This document shows positions 34,493-47,084 of a stretch of 64,000 nucleotides of DNA, in pieces (position 1 is the first letter of the stretch; each line of letters opens with the position of its first letter). The notes beneath the pieces are model-generated. The model was given only the letters and a program-made list of their open reading frames with translations, was not told where the DNA came from and did not search any database. Both the position numbers and the translations under genes were made by a program. Source of the stretch: Azolla caroliniana. Its lineage: Eukaryota; Plantae; Polypodiophyta. The stretch is taken from the NCBI GenBank assembly GCA_043228905.1, contig JBHGNT010000012.1:12276001-12340000 (forward strand), read 5' to 3'.

Positions 34493-36400
34493 CTCGAAGT
34501 CGAGCATCAAGCATGCTAAGTTTTGATTGGTCTCCCTCGTCGTTGCAATAGCCTCCCAAAACAAAATCACGTTGTCCATAATAGAACGATGCTCCATGAA
34601 ACCGGTTTGATTGGAATGGATGATATCTCCTCGGAAGGGCTTGATTCTTTGCACTAGTATGTTAAATTAGATTTAAAATTGTAATGGGCCTCCATTGTCT
34701 AATCTCGTGCAATGCAGTCTCCGATTTCGAAATCAGGTAGATCAAGCCTTCATTGAAGTTGCTCGGCATCCGTCCCGTTCTCCACATCTCTTGTAGTCCA
34801 GCTTCCAAGCTTGGAAAATTTTGCTCCTAAAACTCCTTGAAGAAGGCTTTGGGAAGGCCGTCAGCACCAGGACAAGCCATACTCTGTATCTTGTCTATCC
34901 CCGCTACAATCTCTTCCTCCTCTATGGCTTTTGACAACTACGCTTTAGCTGCCTCTCCAATCCTGGTCTTCAAGCATGTAATTACATCATGCATCAGGTT
35001 ACTCAAAACCTGGTCATTTGCCAACGTAGGAGCTAGAAGGTCTCTGTAGTAATTAGTCGCAATTTGCAAGATTTCCTCTTGATCAAACGTCATTGAATCA
35101 TCCTCCCGTATGAGACTGTGAATATGCTTTCCTCTCCGTTTCGGAGTCTTGGTGAGAAAAAACTCCATGTTAACTTTATCTCCCTTGACAACCCACCATG
35201 CTGCCGACTTTCTAAAGAGGAATTGCTCACGTTGCTGTCTAACCTCCTGCAACACCCTAGAGGCCTCCTGCAACCTGTCTTTTGCCCAAGCACAACATGG
35301 GTTCACTTGCGTGAGCTTTTGAGCTGAGATGACTGCCTTCCTCAGGCGATTGAGATGGTATTGACACCTTACCAGCTCCTCCCTAGCCACCTTCTGAAGA
35401 ACCAAAGAAGAATTGATAATATTTTCCTCCAGTACCTGTATTAGGTCGTGGGCTGATGGGGAAACCGTCCAAATTTTATTCATTGCATCCTCAACCTTCT
35501 GGATACCAAAAATCTTTGGAGGAATCCTCAAATTGCTCTCACTCTTCTTCTTATAAATCGGTTCGAGAGTCAAGGATACTGGAAGGTGATCCGAATATGT
35601 AAAACCAGCTAGAATGGATGAGTAGCCACTCCATTCCTCTATCCTAGGGCTCACATAGATGCGGTCTAATCTAGAGTGACATCCTTCACTCTCCTTCCAA
35701 CCAAATCGTGAGAACCTCAAGGAATTCGCCTCAACCACCATACTAGAATACCATGAATCCTGGATTCCCAACATAGAAATTAAGAAACCCCACGCTCTAA
35801 GCTCCTCCCCCTGTAGCAAGTTCGAATGAGCCCCCAAACAATCTTCCATTCTCTCTGTCATGTTAAAATCCCCCGCCACTATCCAATTGTCGAAGGAGGG
35901 AATTTTGTTTGCCAACGGTCTCCAAAATCAGGTCCTCTCATTACTAATGTTAGGTGCATAGAAATTCAACACCCCAAATTTTACATTCCTCCATTCCAGG
36001 TAGCAGAACATGGCCCTACCTTCGATCAATATGCCATGATCCAAGATGGTGATATCCGTTGATTTCCTCACCGAAATACACACTCCACCTCTCCTTTCTA
36101 ACACGCCGTGAGCAGGAGCCCACCATGTGTACCAATTCCCTAGCAACGGGTCTTTGAAAAGTTCTTTTCTTTCTCGGCCAAGGTGATGCTCTTGTAAGAG
36201 CAAAATATCAATTGTTTTACAAAGGCCATCAGCTTCCCACTCTCTCCTAAACCAACGCTTCTCTAGCTGATGTTGTGACCCACCAAGTCCCTGCACATTC
36301 CAAGAACAAATTCTCATTGACTTGGGTTCACAAAAAAAGCCAAGGGGGAATCTCCCATGCTCGACAAATATGTCTCTATCATACGCCATAAAATTCCCAC
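34493..36400 (-). mobile_element. L1/Tx1-type LINE ORF2 5' part (AP endonuclease and start of RT), 3'-truncated
   Basis: MRICSWNVQGL (ATG 36317), LLLQEHH, NFYAPN, VAGDFN, SRLDRIY, SDHLPV, APGADG, QTGFM...MLDFE. Confidence 0.92.
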
Positions 36401-36990
36401 TCCATACTCATATATATATATACACATACATGGGTGTAATGTATGTATATACATATTCACGGATATAGGTATATATGCATGTGTGATATATGAATGTAGG
36501 TATATATGCATGTATATGATATGCATGTGTTATGTTTGTGTGTGTATGTATGTACATATTGTATTGTATTGTATGTATGGAATGTGTGTATATGTGTGTA
36601 TATATTATATGTAATTTATTTTTGTGTGTTTGGTTTGTATATTTGCATCTCTATATAATTGTGTGTATAATAATATACGTGTGTAATATGTAATATATAA
36701 AATATGTTTGTAAGGATGTGTATGTATATATGTAATATGTAATTTTTATGTATGTATTATGTATATATGTATGTCAATATATATGGCCGATTCTAATATG
36801 TATGTAGTATGTAATGCATGTATGTACATATTTACATATAGTAATATATATTTATACATATATTTATGTTTAGTCAGCATGCATGTATAAATTGGTGTAA
36901 TGTATATATATACATATTCATGGACGTAATATTTGAATGTAGGTATATATGGATGCATGCATATATATGTATGTATGTATATATGCGACT
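36400..36990. repeat. Degenerate (TA)n/(TG)n low-complexity tract
   Basis: About 600 bp of alternating purine-pyrimidine ATATGTAT-type sequence. Confidence 0.9.
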
Positions 36991-37259
36991 TCAAATTTGA
37001 GTATTGTTTGTGTTAGGATTTTGGTCCCTCCGGATGGGATGATGAAGGCCTGGTGAGAACCGGATGATGAAGGCCCGGTGAGAGCCTCTCACCGGATGAA
37101 GTGACATATATGTAATTATGTTTCTGAGAGCCCATTGGGGCAATATCTGTAAATATTCCTAAAGTCATATTTGTATAAATATGACTTAGGACAAACATGT
37201 TTTGTGTGTTGTCATTATTTTGTATAGAGTTATTGGTGTAACTACTGTACAAAGTGTAG

Positions 37260-37320
<61 letters not shown>

Positions 37321-37802
37321 AAGCAGGTCTCTGTTGTAACTGTTACTCCTAAGGACCGGACAATAGCCTAACATAGGGTGTCTACGGAAGACACTTCACC
37401 AAAGGGTGTTACGGCGAGGTAACTTAGACTAATGATTGATCAGACCTTTATTGGCTACTTTAGCAACATATCATGAATCTTAATACATGCGTAAGATAGA
37501 AAGTAATTAGCACAGAACAGTGATCAATACACAGAGATAAGACAATAGGGCTTTATTAATTATCCGTCCTGATTTACAATGTAACCGGGCCTTTTTATAG
37601 ATCACCGGCTCTGCATACAAAACGGTGCCAACCGGCACACTGATATGAACCGGTCCGGATCCTGATCGGCATACCGATTCCGGTACGTCCGCTCACTTCT
37701 CAAAATATACTTAATTACATAATATTCTAATAACAACTTCTGATAATTCCTGCCCTTTCACATTCTGGACTGTCCTCCACTCCTTGTCGGCTGGCTAACA
37801 CA

Positions 37803-37847
37803 TGGCACGCCCGTGGGACAGTACCTTGTACGTCGAATCCCACTATC
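37803..37847 (-). other. tRNA-Arg(UCU)-like 3' end ending in CCA at the PPT position
   Basis: Minus strand GATAGTGGGATTCGA[CGTACAAGGTACT]GTCCCACGGGCGTGCCA, then TG and the LTR; no purine run. Confidence 0.65.
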
Positions 37848-37879
37848 TGGCCTTCAATCCTCGTCCAAAATGTCCACAA

Positions 37880-38690
37880 TGCTCTAATCGAGGGGCTCTA
37901 AGGGTTCTTTCGAAAGCTGATCGGACTGCTATTGTTGTTGTTCCATTGGCTGTGGTTGTTGCTCCGTTGGCTGTTGTTGTTGCTCCTACTGTTGCGCGGT
38001 CTCTAGTTCTTCTGGGCATTGCTCCTCCAATAGCCAATGTCCGGCTCTCGGTGCCGGCTGTTGTTGCGGATATTCCTCCCTTGGCTGCTCCTCCTAAGTT
38101 AAATCTGATTGGCTTGTCCCAGCCTTGCCTCTGTCTCTCCTATGCTCCGACAATGGCTCTTCATCACTTAGAATGATTGTTGCCGCGCTCTTCGTCGCCT
38201 CTTGTCGTAGCCTCTCCTTTTTGTAACTTCCAGCCGATCATCGTCCAGTTGTGCCAGTAGTTGTCGGACCACTACTATCTGTTCATCAGCCAACGTTACG
38301 AAGTCATCTGCCAATTCATCTTTCACGGCAGCAAAGTCTTCCTTTTCCAGCTTATAGAACTCATCTCCTTCCTTTTGCTGGTTTTCTGCGTCTGCCCTCA
38401 GCAACTGTAGCTCGGCAGCATGCTTCGCCCATTTCGACCACCATAATACTGAGTTGTCTTCAATCAAGCGCTTCGTTCGATTCTTCCATGCTTGTACAAT
38501 GCACCGGATCCGCTCCAGCCCCATCTTTGATTTGTCTTCTACGGCCTACCATTCATCTTTCAACTATTTGATCAGGTTGGCAGTTACCACCTCCTGGTCC
38601 TTGTAGCGCAACAGTTGATTCTAATAGGTTGTCTGCACTCTTTGTAAGACCATGGTGGCACGTTCCGTTTCCACATGATGTTGCATCTGG
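37880..38690 (-). pseudogene. Extra 3' ORF of unknown function (helical/coiled-coil-like, then Gln/Glu-rich)
   Basis: ORF 38168-38524 extends upstream through TAG stops; no PR, RT or integrase motifs. Confidence 0.5.
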
Positions 38691-38751
38691 AGTTCCAGGC
38701 ATTCTTGAGTCACTTCAGCTCATATGTTTGCCTTCTCAGCCCGTTCTTCCG

Positions 38752-40222
38752 CTAGTGCTGTCTCAGCCCGTTGCACTTCGTTCCGGAGCTCGAACATCTT
38801 CTCCTCCTGTCGGTCGCTGTCATAAGCGTCTCTTCGATCACTATACCGGACATCTTGTGCCGGACGGTAACGCTCCTCTCGTCACTAGCGCTCTTCTTCC
38901 TCCTCCTGGTTGCTTTGTGGTTTGATTGTCGGACCGGTGGCGCTTGCCAATTCAACAAGTTATACTCGCACCGATCCATTGTGTGGTTTCTGGAATGGTA
39001 AAGCAAGCATGGAGAACGCATGGTGCACTCCAGCACCGAGTGTCCGCCATTCAGGCAAGTCATACATTGAATTGCTTGTCGAAATCGGAGGTCTTCATCG
39101 GTTGGTAACGCTCGTTGGAGTGCCCCCATCGTTAGCCACGAGCTGGATTTTTCCATTTCCCCTACTCGGTCTATGACCTGGTCGACGGAACTCATGCGGA
39201 AATCAATGACTGTGCACACCGTTCGTAGGGGTTCCGGAAGTGCTGCTAGGAATAACGCCTTAGTCTCTTCCTCCGGTGGTGCCCGACTGAGTTGGCTGTG
39301 CATTCTCTAGAATCAGATTAGAAATTGTTGAATGTTCTCCGTGGGCTCCTGCCGGATGGTATAAAATAGGCCGACCATTTCCCGTTGATCCACCTCTTTG
39401 TGAAAAAAGTGTAAGAATTTAGTTTTCAATGCCTCAAACGTCATGATGGTTTTGGGATCTTGCGTCAGGCGCCATCTGGCGGCGGGCCATGCCGAACTCC
39501 GCCATCTTTGAGCGTTCTGCTTCGGCTGCGGTTAAGCGTTGTGACACATGATTCGCTTCCTAGGTCTGCTAAAATGCATAGATGTGGGCCTTTGTGTCTG
39601 GATCATCCCAGTACTTGGGATATTGAAAGGGCATGTCGTCGTCTGGTGTTGGAACACGGGCTGGTGGTGTCGGAGGTCTCTCCTCCTCCTCTATTGGAGG
39701 TCTTTCTTCCTCTGTGGAAGGTCTTGCTTCCTTTGCGGGAGGTCTTTCTTCCTTAGTGGGAGGTCATTCCTCCTCTACTTCGGGTGTCGAGTGCTGCTCA
39801 GACCTTGGCCGGCCTGTGGCTTCCAGCTCTATCAATTCTGGTTCCGGTGTCAGTAAGGTATTCGATTCCTGGTCCGTTGGTCCGTCTGGGGTGTCGTGAT
39901 TGCTACGGTAATTGGAATGAGCGCTATATTCGCCGTCCAAGTCCGATTCAAAGGCCGAAAACGGTTCTGAATCGCCTTCTCCTGCAGCTAATGCCTGTAG
40001 AAGGGATTCCGCTTCCCGAAGACTACTTAAGCTGCTTCCATCGTCGGGGTGGAAATCTTGTTGCAAACAGAGTGACTCCTTGGCCACTCGCCCGATCACT
40101 TTGGAAAATGTTTGATCCACACGAATCTCTTCCGCCGCCTCCTGGAAAGCCTCTCGCTTCCGCAGCCGCTCAGTAAGTCTCCTTGCTCGCTTCGTAACCG
40201 GTCCGTTCATTGTTCTAGTCAT
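38752..40222 (-). pseudogene. gag: Gag with long disordered N-terminus
   Basis: TFEALKTKFLHFF...IRQEPTENIQQF...LFLAALPEPLR and zinc knuckle. Confidence 0.75.
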
Positions 40223-42088
40223 CCATTCCCGTTGATGTTTGTTGCGCTTATGCAGGAATCGTGGTCGCTAAAAACTGTGTTACTCCTAAGGACCGGACAA
40301 TAGCCTAACACAGGGTGTCTACGGAAGACACTTCACCAAAGGGTGTTACGGCGAGGTAACTTAGACTAATGATTGATCAGACCTTTATCGGCTACTTAAC
40401 CAACATATCATGAATCTTAATACACGCGTAAGATAGAAAGTAATTAGCACAGAACAGTAATCAATACACAAAGATAAGACAATAGGGCTTTATTAATTAT
40501 CCATCTTGATTTACAATGTAACCGGGCCTTTTTATAGATCACCAGCTCTGCATACAAAACGGTGCCAACCGGCACACTGATATGAACTGGTCTGGATCCG
40601 GATCGGCATACCGATTCCGGTCCGTCTGTTCACTTCTCAAAATATACTTAATTACATAATATTCTAATAACAGCTTCCGATAATTCCCGCCCTTTCACAT
40701 TCTAGATTGTCCTCCACTCCTTGCCGGCTGGCTAAAAATAACCGCCACCAGGCGAAGATTGTGAGCACGAGATCATTGCCTCTGTGTTCCCCTGTTGTAT
40801 TCTCCTTGCATAGTGAGAGTTGGAGTTTGGGGACTCCCGTTGTCGTGCCTTTCGGTGCCGGATCATTGCGTGAGTCGGGTGGGAACCGCTGAGGTTTTGG
40901 ACTAGGAGAAAAGAAAATTCTAAGGCAATGAAGAATATAAAATATGTTGTAAGAATGAAAGATATTAAAAACTCGTGAATCCCACGAGTATAGTGTATTA
41001 GTGAGTACTCAAATTAAGAGAGAAAAAATAGTTAGCAAATTCGTGAATCCCACGATTATATTATATCAATCCACCCTTGTAAAATAAGCAACAACCCCCA
41101 TACATCTTTCTCTCCTCCTTATATAAGGATGGAAGAGGCTAAGCATAGCTTCATGCTTTTTCTAAAGTATTCATGCACACTAAATGTGCATGAGTTGCCT
41201 TTTTACACTATGCTTTTATTTCCTAAATATAGTGCTCATGCTCGTTAGATGTACACGAGTCATTTTTTATTGGTGTACATTTTTCTTATAAATAAAGTAT
41301 TCACGCATTCTAAAAAAAATGCATGACTTACCTTTTAATAAAGGTAGGCATAAATAAAGGTCTTATACGTATTAAATCTATATTTACAACACTTAGGATA
41401 AGTTAGTACAATGGTAAGGTTGGGGTTTGTATACGTTGTCGTGAAGAAAACCGTCCACAAGCGGAATCGGTGCACCGGAGCGTCGGAACCGGCTCTTCAT
41501 GCACGTACGCCTTATGTTGTACATAGAAGATCCTAGGTAGGTAGATTCGGTAGGTAGGAAGTTAATGGGAAACGGCTCCTTCCTTGCCTATAAAAGGAGG
41601 GAGACGAGGAGGGGGGAAGGGATCGCGGTTAGAGAGGACGAAGTGCTGTCGGGTTGTCGGCGGAAGGCTTCTCTCTCTTTCAAAACTCCATAGCTTCTTT
41701 CTGTGCAGGTTTCGGGAGGCTCGCGCTGCTCTGAGGAATGCCCGAGTGCTTCCGGCAGCACCTCCAACCTACTCCTTTCTTTCTGTGCGTTTACGAACAG
41801 GCATCGGCATCTGTTCGCCGGCCTGTTCGGTTGTAACCAACTTCGTGCTTCTTGTTGTTTGTCCTTGTTAATATATATATACATACATTCGTGTCTCTCT
41901 GCGTCGGTGTCCCACTCGCGTCTTTGTGTCGAGGGCCGTGTCCCTGAGAATCTGCGCTCGCAGGTAGTGGGTCTCTTCCCTTCTCCTTTCTCTCTTGCTT
42001 TTCGGTGCAAGACCCCCGAGGTCCCGCCTCATTTCACACATCCGCGAGGAATACCTTGACATCTTGGTGAACCCGACTTGCGGAGACC

Positions 42089-44188
42089 ATGGCTTCGGCC
42101 GTGGATCGGATATTGACCGCACGTGAGGGCACCGGCGCCCTCGACAGAGCCGTTGAGGTGGTCGTCGATACGATCGGCCGGTTCAGCGGAAAGGATGCCA
42201 CGAAGTATTTGGCGTCCTACGGGGCAGAAATGCTGATGCGGGACATTCCGGAAGAGAGGCGTCTTGCCGGGTTCCCTCGAGTGGCGATGCCGAGCATCCA
42301 TGCGGAGGTGCTCAAGGTACGGGCGGAGAGCCGTACCTGGGAGGAGTTCGAAGGCCGACTCCTAGAAAAATACGGGCTGGACGACGCGCTCCGGCTTTCG
42401 AAACGGGACTTCATGGAATGGGTGGAGTCCCCCGGCAAGGGAAGAAACGCGTCGGCACTCCTCCGGGAGTTTGAGGAACGCTTTGCACGCCTTTCGGCGC
42501 TTGACCGAACCGTTCTGGATACGAGCCGGGTCCTAATGTTCGTCAAGTCGGTGGACGAGCGGGACCGGGATCAAGTCGGCTCCTTGCTAGAAACCAAAGA
42601 CGGGCTGACGACCGACTGGGTTGCGGTTAAGAGAGTCTGTGGCCGTTTCGACAAACGGCGAGAATGGGCTGACAACGGGGCGACCGGAGCGGGCTCTGTC
42701 ACAGCAAGGAGCCTTGAACCGGCACCACAAGGGCGAAGGGCAGAGACCCGGGAGTGGCTCGAAACCGGTTCGGCTTCGACCGGCATGGTCAATGACTCGT
42801 CCGGAGGAGCAGCGCTGGAGGAGTTGACGCGGGCGATAAAGGATCTCCATATCGCCCAGACTCGAAGGGAAGGCGGCGAACCGGTTCGTGACCGACGGTC
42901 GGCAGCAGGGAACGGGTGCATGTGGTGCGACGAGGTCGGCCACATTCGGAAGGACTGCGGCGATTTCGCAGAGGCGTTGAGGAACCGAGTGGTGTACCTG
43001 TGGGAAGGCCGGGTGCATGCCGGCGATACCAAAAGGGCCCTAAACCGAAACGACGAGCGAGGAGGTATGAAGAGACTGATGGAAGAGGTAGCGGCCCGAC
43101 ACGTGGAGGCCATCCACTACTCAGCGTCGGCCGGTATTCAGGTCGGGGGTAGCGAGGCCCGAAAGGAGAGCAAAGACGGATTCTGGTTGGCAATGTTGGA
43201 AGGCCTCGCCGGCGCACGGCTGAGGGAAGATGAAGCGGACCGCGCTGAGAGACGGGTCCGGGAAATAACCGGGTGGAGCGACCCGGTCGAGGAGAAGACG
43301 GGCTTCGTAGAAGCCGCCTGCCGGAACTACGAGGCTCTGGTGGAAGACAAACGAGTGGGGAAAGCCGGAGCGGTCGGGCCCTCACAATGATACGAGACCC
43401 AATTCGGGCAACGACGGATCGATGCCGGTGGGTCCAGCACGCAAGATAACACCAGGAAGGGCGGATACCGACTGGGGATGGAAATAGAAAGGACCACGGA
43501 CCTGCGAAAGGTCCTAGAAGAGCGGATCCTCGACAGCAAAGTGGAGCTGTCATTGCGGGAGGTGCTAGGGATCACTAAGAAGGAGTTCCACGACTCCATT
43601 GTGGACTTGGTGAAGCGGAAGAGGCTATCGACGGAGACGGAACCGGAGAGACCGGTGGAGGTGCGGACGACGCACATCGACGACTTGGCGTTGGAAGATG
43701 AGTGGGCGGAGAGCCACTATTCGAGGCCACACTGGGCCCGAGCGACCACGGAGACCCCGGTAAACATCGGAGATGTTCAGGAACCGGTGGTGGCATTGGT
43801 GGACCACGGTTCGGAAATAAACCTGATGTCGGGAGACTTCTATAAGAAAGGAAAGTGATCGATCAACACCAAGCACGGGTGGAAGATATGGGCGGCGATG
43901 CGCGCCACCGAGGAACTGCACGGGGCCTGCCCGAACGTGCTGGTCAAGATCGGCGACGTCGAGATTGACCAGCACTTCTTCGTACAGGAGACGTCCTCGC
44001 ACCCGGTCATATTAGGGGAACCATACATCACGGCGGCGCGGATGGAGACCAAGGTGCTGGACAACGGTTTGGCCTACGCGAGGGTCAAAAGCCAGGACGG
44101 GCGCCATTCGGTCCAATTTCTGACGGTGCGACCGAACCACGAGCGAAACCGCGAATCCCTCGGTGGCGAGAACCGGGAGGATTTTTAG
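42089..44188 (+). pseudogene. gag: Gag-protease (stops at 43388 and 43856)
   Basis: CMWCDEVGHIRKDC knuckle; ALVDHGSEINL protease; ends REDF*. Confidence 0.9.
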
Positions 44189-47084
44189 AGAGGGATGCCA
44201 AGGCATGGGGCCGAGACAGCCCGGACACTCGGGAAAGACCCCACGGTTGTACGAGACAATCGTGGAGCCAATGGTGATATTCACGGTACCGCATGTACCG
44301 TGGAATCTCAAGCCGATTCCAATACCGAGAGCTCACATCCCGAAGTTGATGGAGCTATTGAGGCAGAAAGTCGATATGGGCATTCTCGAACCGTCAAGTG
44401 CCCCATACTCGAACCGATGGTTTACCGTACCAAAGAAAAACGGAACATTGCGCTTCATTCAGGACCTGCAGCCGTTCAATAGAGTGACCATTCGGAACGC
44501 AGGAATCGGACCGACCATAGACGAGTTCGCGGAGGCCTTCGCCGGAAGGTCGATTTATTCGGTCGGTGATCTGTACTCGGGGTACGACCAGTTCCAGCTA
44601 GCCGTGGAGAGCAGAGACATTACGACGATGCGAACTCCCCTCGGCCTAGTACGAATGTGTACCCTACCACAAGGAGGGACCAACTCGGTGGCCCACATGG
44701 TGAATGCAATGAACAAGGTACTGAGGGATTGCACCCCAGACATCACCATGCCATTTCTAGACGACATCCTGATAAAAGGGTGCCCGGTGGAAGAGAAGGA
44801 CGAGACACTTGGGCCGGACGGGTGCCGACGATTCGTGGCAACACACATCAACGACTGCGAGAAGGTGCTACAAAGGTTAGAGGATGCGAGGCTCACCTTC
44901 TCCGGGGAGAAATCGGCCTTCGGGCAATCAGAAATCCTGGTGGTCGGACACCTATGTGGACCATATGGCCGGAAGCCGTCTCCGGCAAAGGTAGAAGCCA
45001 TCTCCGCGATGAAGACCGATTGTAGCTCGGTTACGGAAGTTCGGAGGTTCCTGGGGGCGTGCGCATTCTACCACATATGGATCCCGCATTACGCCCACGT
45101 TGCGGAGCCGCTATACGGGTTGCTGAAGAAAGGGCGAAAATTCGAGTGGCGAGACGAGCACTCGGAGTCGGTCCGGAAGCTGAAGGAAGCTCTTGCGGCA
45201 GCACCGGCGCTCCGGAAGGCTGTCTACGGGAAGGGTACCCCGGTATACATAACGGTGGATACGAGTCCGACCGGGATTGGATGGGTCGTCAACCAAGAAG
45301 ACGAGGATGACATTCGGTTCCCGATCCGATTCGGCGCGAAGGTCCTCAGTGAGCGACAACAAGGGTACGCCCAGGTTAAACGCGAACTCTGGGGTATCGT
45401 TTCGGCAGTAAAGGCCGACAAAGACTACCTGATTGGGACAGAAGTGATTATCGAGACGGATTGCCTGCCAATTCTCAGCATGGTTTCCGGATGCGCGACA
45501 CCGGACCTGGCGATGCTCAGGTGGATAGCGTACATCAAGTCCCTGGACCCGGAAATACGACACATTTCCAGAAAGGACAACGCCATGGCCGACATGCTTT
45601 CGAGGGCGAGGTTTGATGACGAGGGCGGCATGGTTTCGGAGGACGAAGAAGTCGGGGTGGACTTCTTCGAGGCACCGTACGTGACGACCGATGGGACGAG
45701 CACTCTGGTGCTTAACGGCTTCGACGAGAGCAAGTACGACGGTGAGTGGCTCCAGATCGGTGGTTTCTTGAGGACAATGACGCCGGATGCGTCGTGGACG
45801 AGGGACGAGACCAACCGGATCCGGAAGAAAGCATACCGATTCTTTCTCCGGGACGGATACTTATGGAAGCACCCGAAGAAGAGGAACAGCGTCCCGCTCC
45901 GGGTGGTGGCGATGAAGGAAGAACAGGAGGAGCTGCTGACGGCCTACCACGACAGCCCTTGTGCTGGACATCGTGGAACGTGGGCCACGTTTGAGAAGAT
46001 AAAGGGGAAGTACTGGTGGTCGGGACTGTACCGGGACGTGCATCGGTTCGTGACAACTTGCGAGAGCTGTCAGATGCACTCCGTAGTCCGACATCGGGAC
46101 GAGCTTCACCCTACGTACCCTCCGACCATCCACTTCAAATGGATGGTAGACCTGGTGACGATGCCGATGGGAGTAGGACAAATGCGGTATCTGGTCCAGG
46201 CTAGGGAAGATCTGACGAACCAGGTGGAAGGCCGAGCCCTTCAGAACAAAATGACTGCGGCCGTATGTCGGTTCCTGATTGAGGACGTTATATGCCGGTA
46301 CGGGTGCGTTGGGAAGATCATGGCTGATCGCGGGGAGTTGGACGCCGAAGAGGCCAAGGAGCTGTTCAACCGGCTAGGAGTCAAGCTCTCGCTTACCACT
46401 GCGTACAATCCGGAGGCGAATGGAAAGGTGGAGCGCGGTCACGGACCGATCGTCAAGGTGTTAGTTCAGGCATGCGGAGGTCAAGTCGGGAACTGGCCAC
46501 GGCTGCTGCCTTACGCGTTGTGGGCTGACCGAACTACGCACAGTTCGGTAACCGGATTCATGCCGGCAGAGCTCATGTTTGGGTAGAAGCCGATCATGCC
46601 GATGGAACGTACGATCTTCTCATGGGCAACCGTGGACTGGAGAGACAAGATGAGCCGGGAGGAACTATTGGCGGCGCGCATACGTCAGCTCGAGCGAAGG
46701 CCGGAGGACGTGGAGCAGGCTGCGGGAAAGCTTCGGGATGCGAGGATGAGGAACAAATCCCGGTTCGACCAAACGCACCGGCTCCGACCGGAGAAGATTG
46801 AGGAAGGCGACTGGGTGCTAGTCTACGACAGCAGCCTCGACAACCAGCACCGAGCGACACGGAAGTTCGCAAGAAGGTGGTTCGGGCCTTACGTGGTACA
46901 AAGCGCCAACGACAATGGGACGTACCATCTTGCGGAACTCGACGGCACGAGAATGGCGATACCGGTAGCTGGGAAGCGGATCAAAGCGTTCAAGAAGCGT
47001 CACGACGACGAGCCGGATCCGGTTAACCTAGACCGCGACGACGAACGATCTGAAACCGAGGAAGAACCGACGGGCGGGGAATGA
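44163..47084 (+). pseudogene. pol: Pol (RT-RNase H-integrase) with one TAG stop at 46584
   Basis: DLYSGYDQ, LPQGGTNS, FLDD, VDTSPTG, integrase core, RRWFGPY; no chromodomain. Confidence 0.94.

Larger units (their letters stand above)
37341..40737 (-). mobile_element. Pol-less Tat/Athila-like LTR element (gag plus extra ORF), TSD GTAAC/ATAAC
   Basis: 460-bp LTRs 37341-37800 and 40278-40737; TATA and AATAAA on the minus strand; PBS-like TAGCGACCAC at 40270-40261; retrotransposon gag with CxxCxxxxHxxxxC at 38752-39480. Confidence 0.88.

Noticed and set aside
37880-38690. env gene
   Set aside because: No signal peptide or transmembrane segment visible.
42217-46181. Many antisense ORFs over gag-pol, also at 50154-55009
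   Set aside because: Shadow ORFs expected in GC-rich coding sequence; no motifs.
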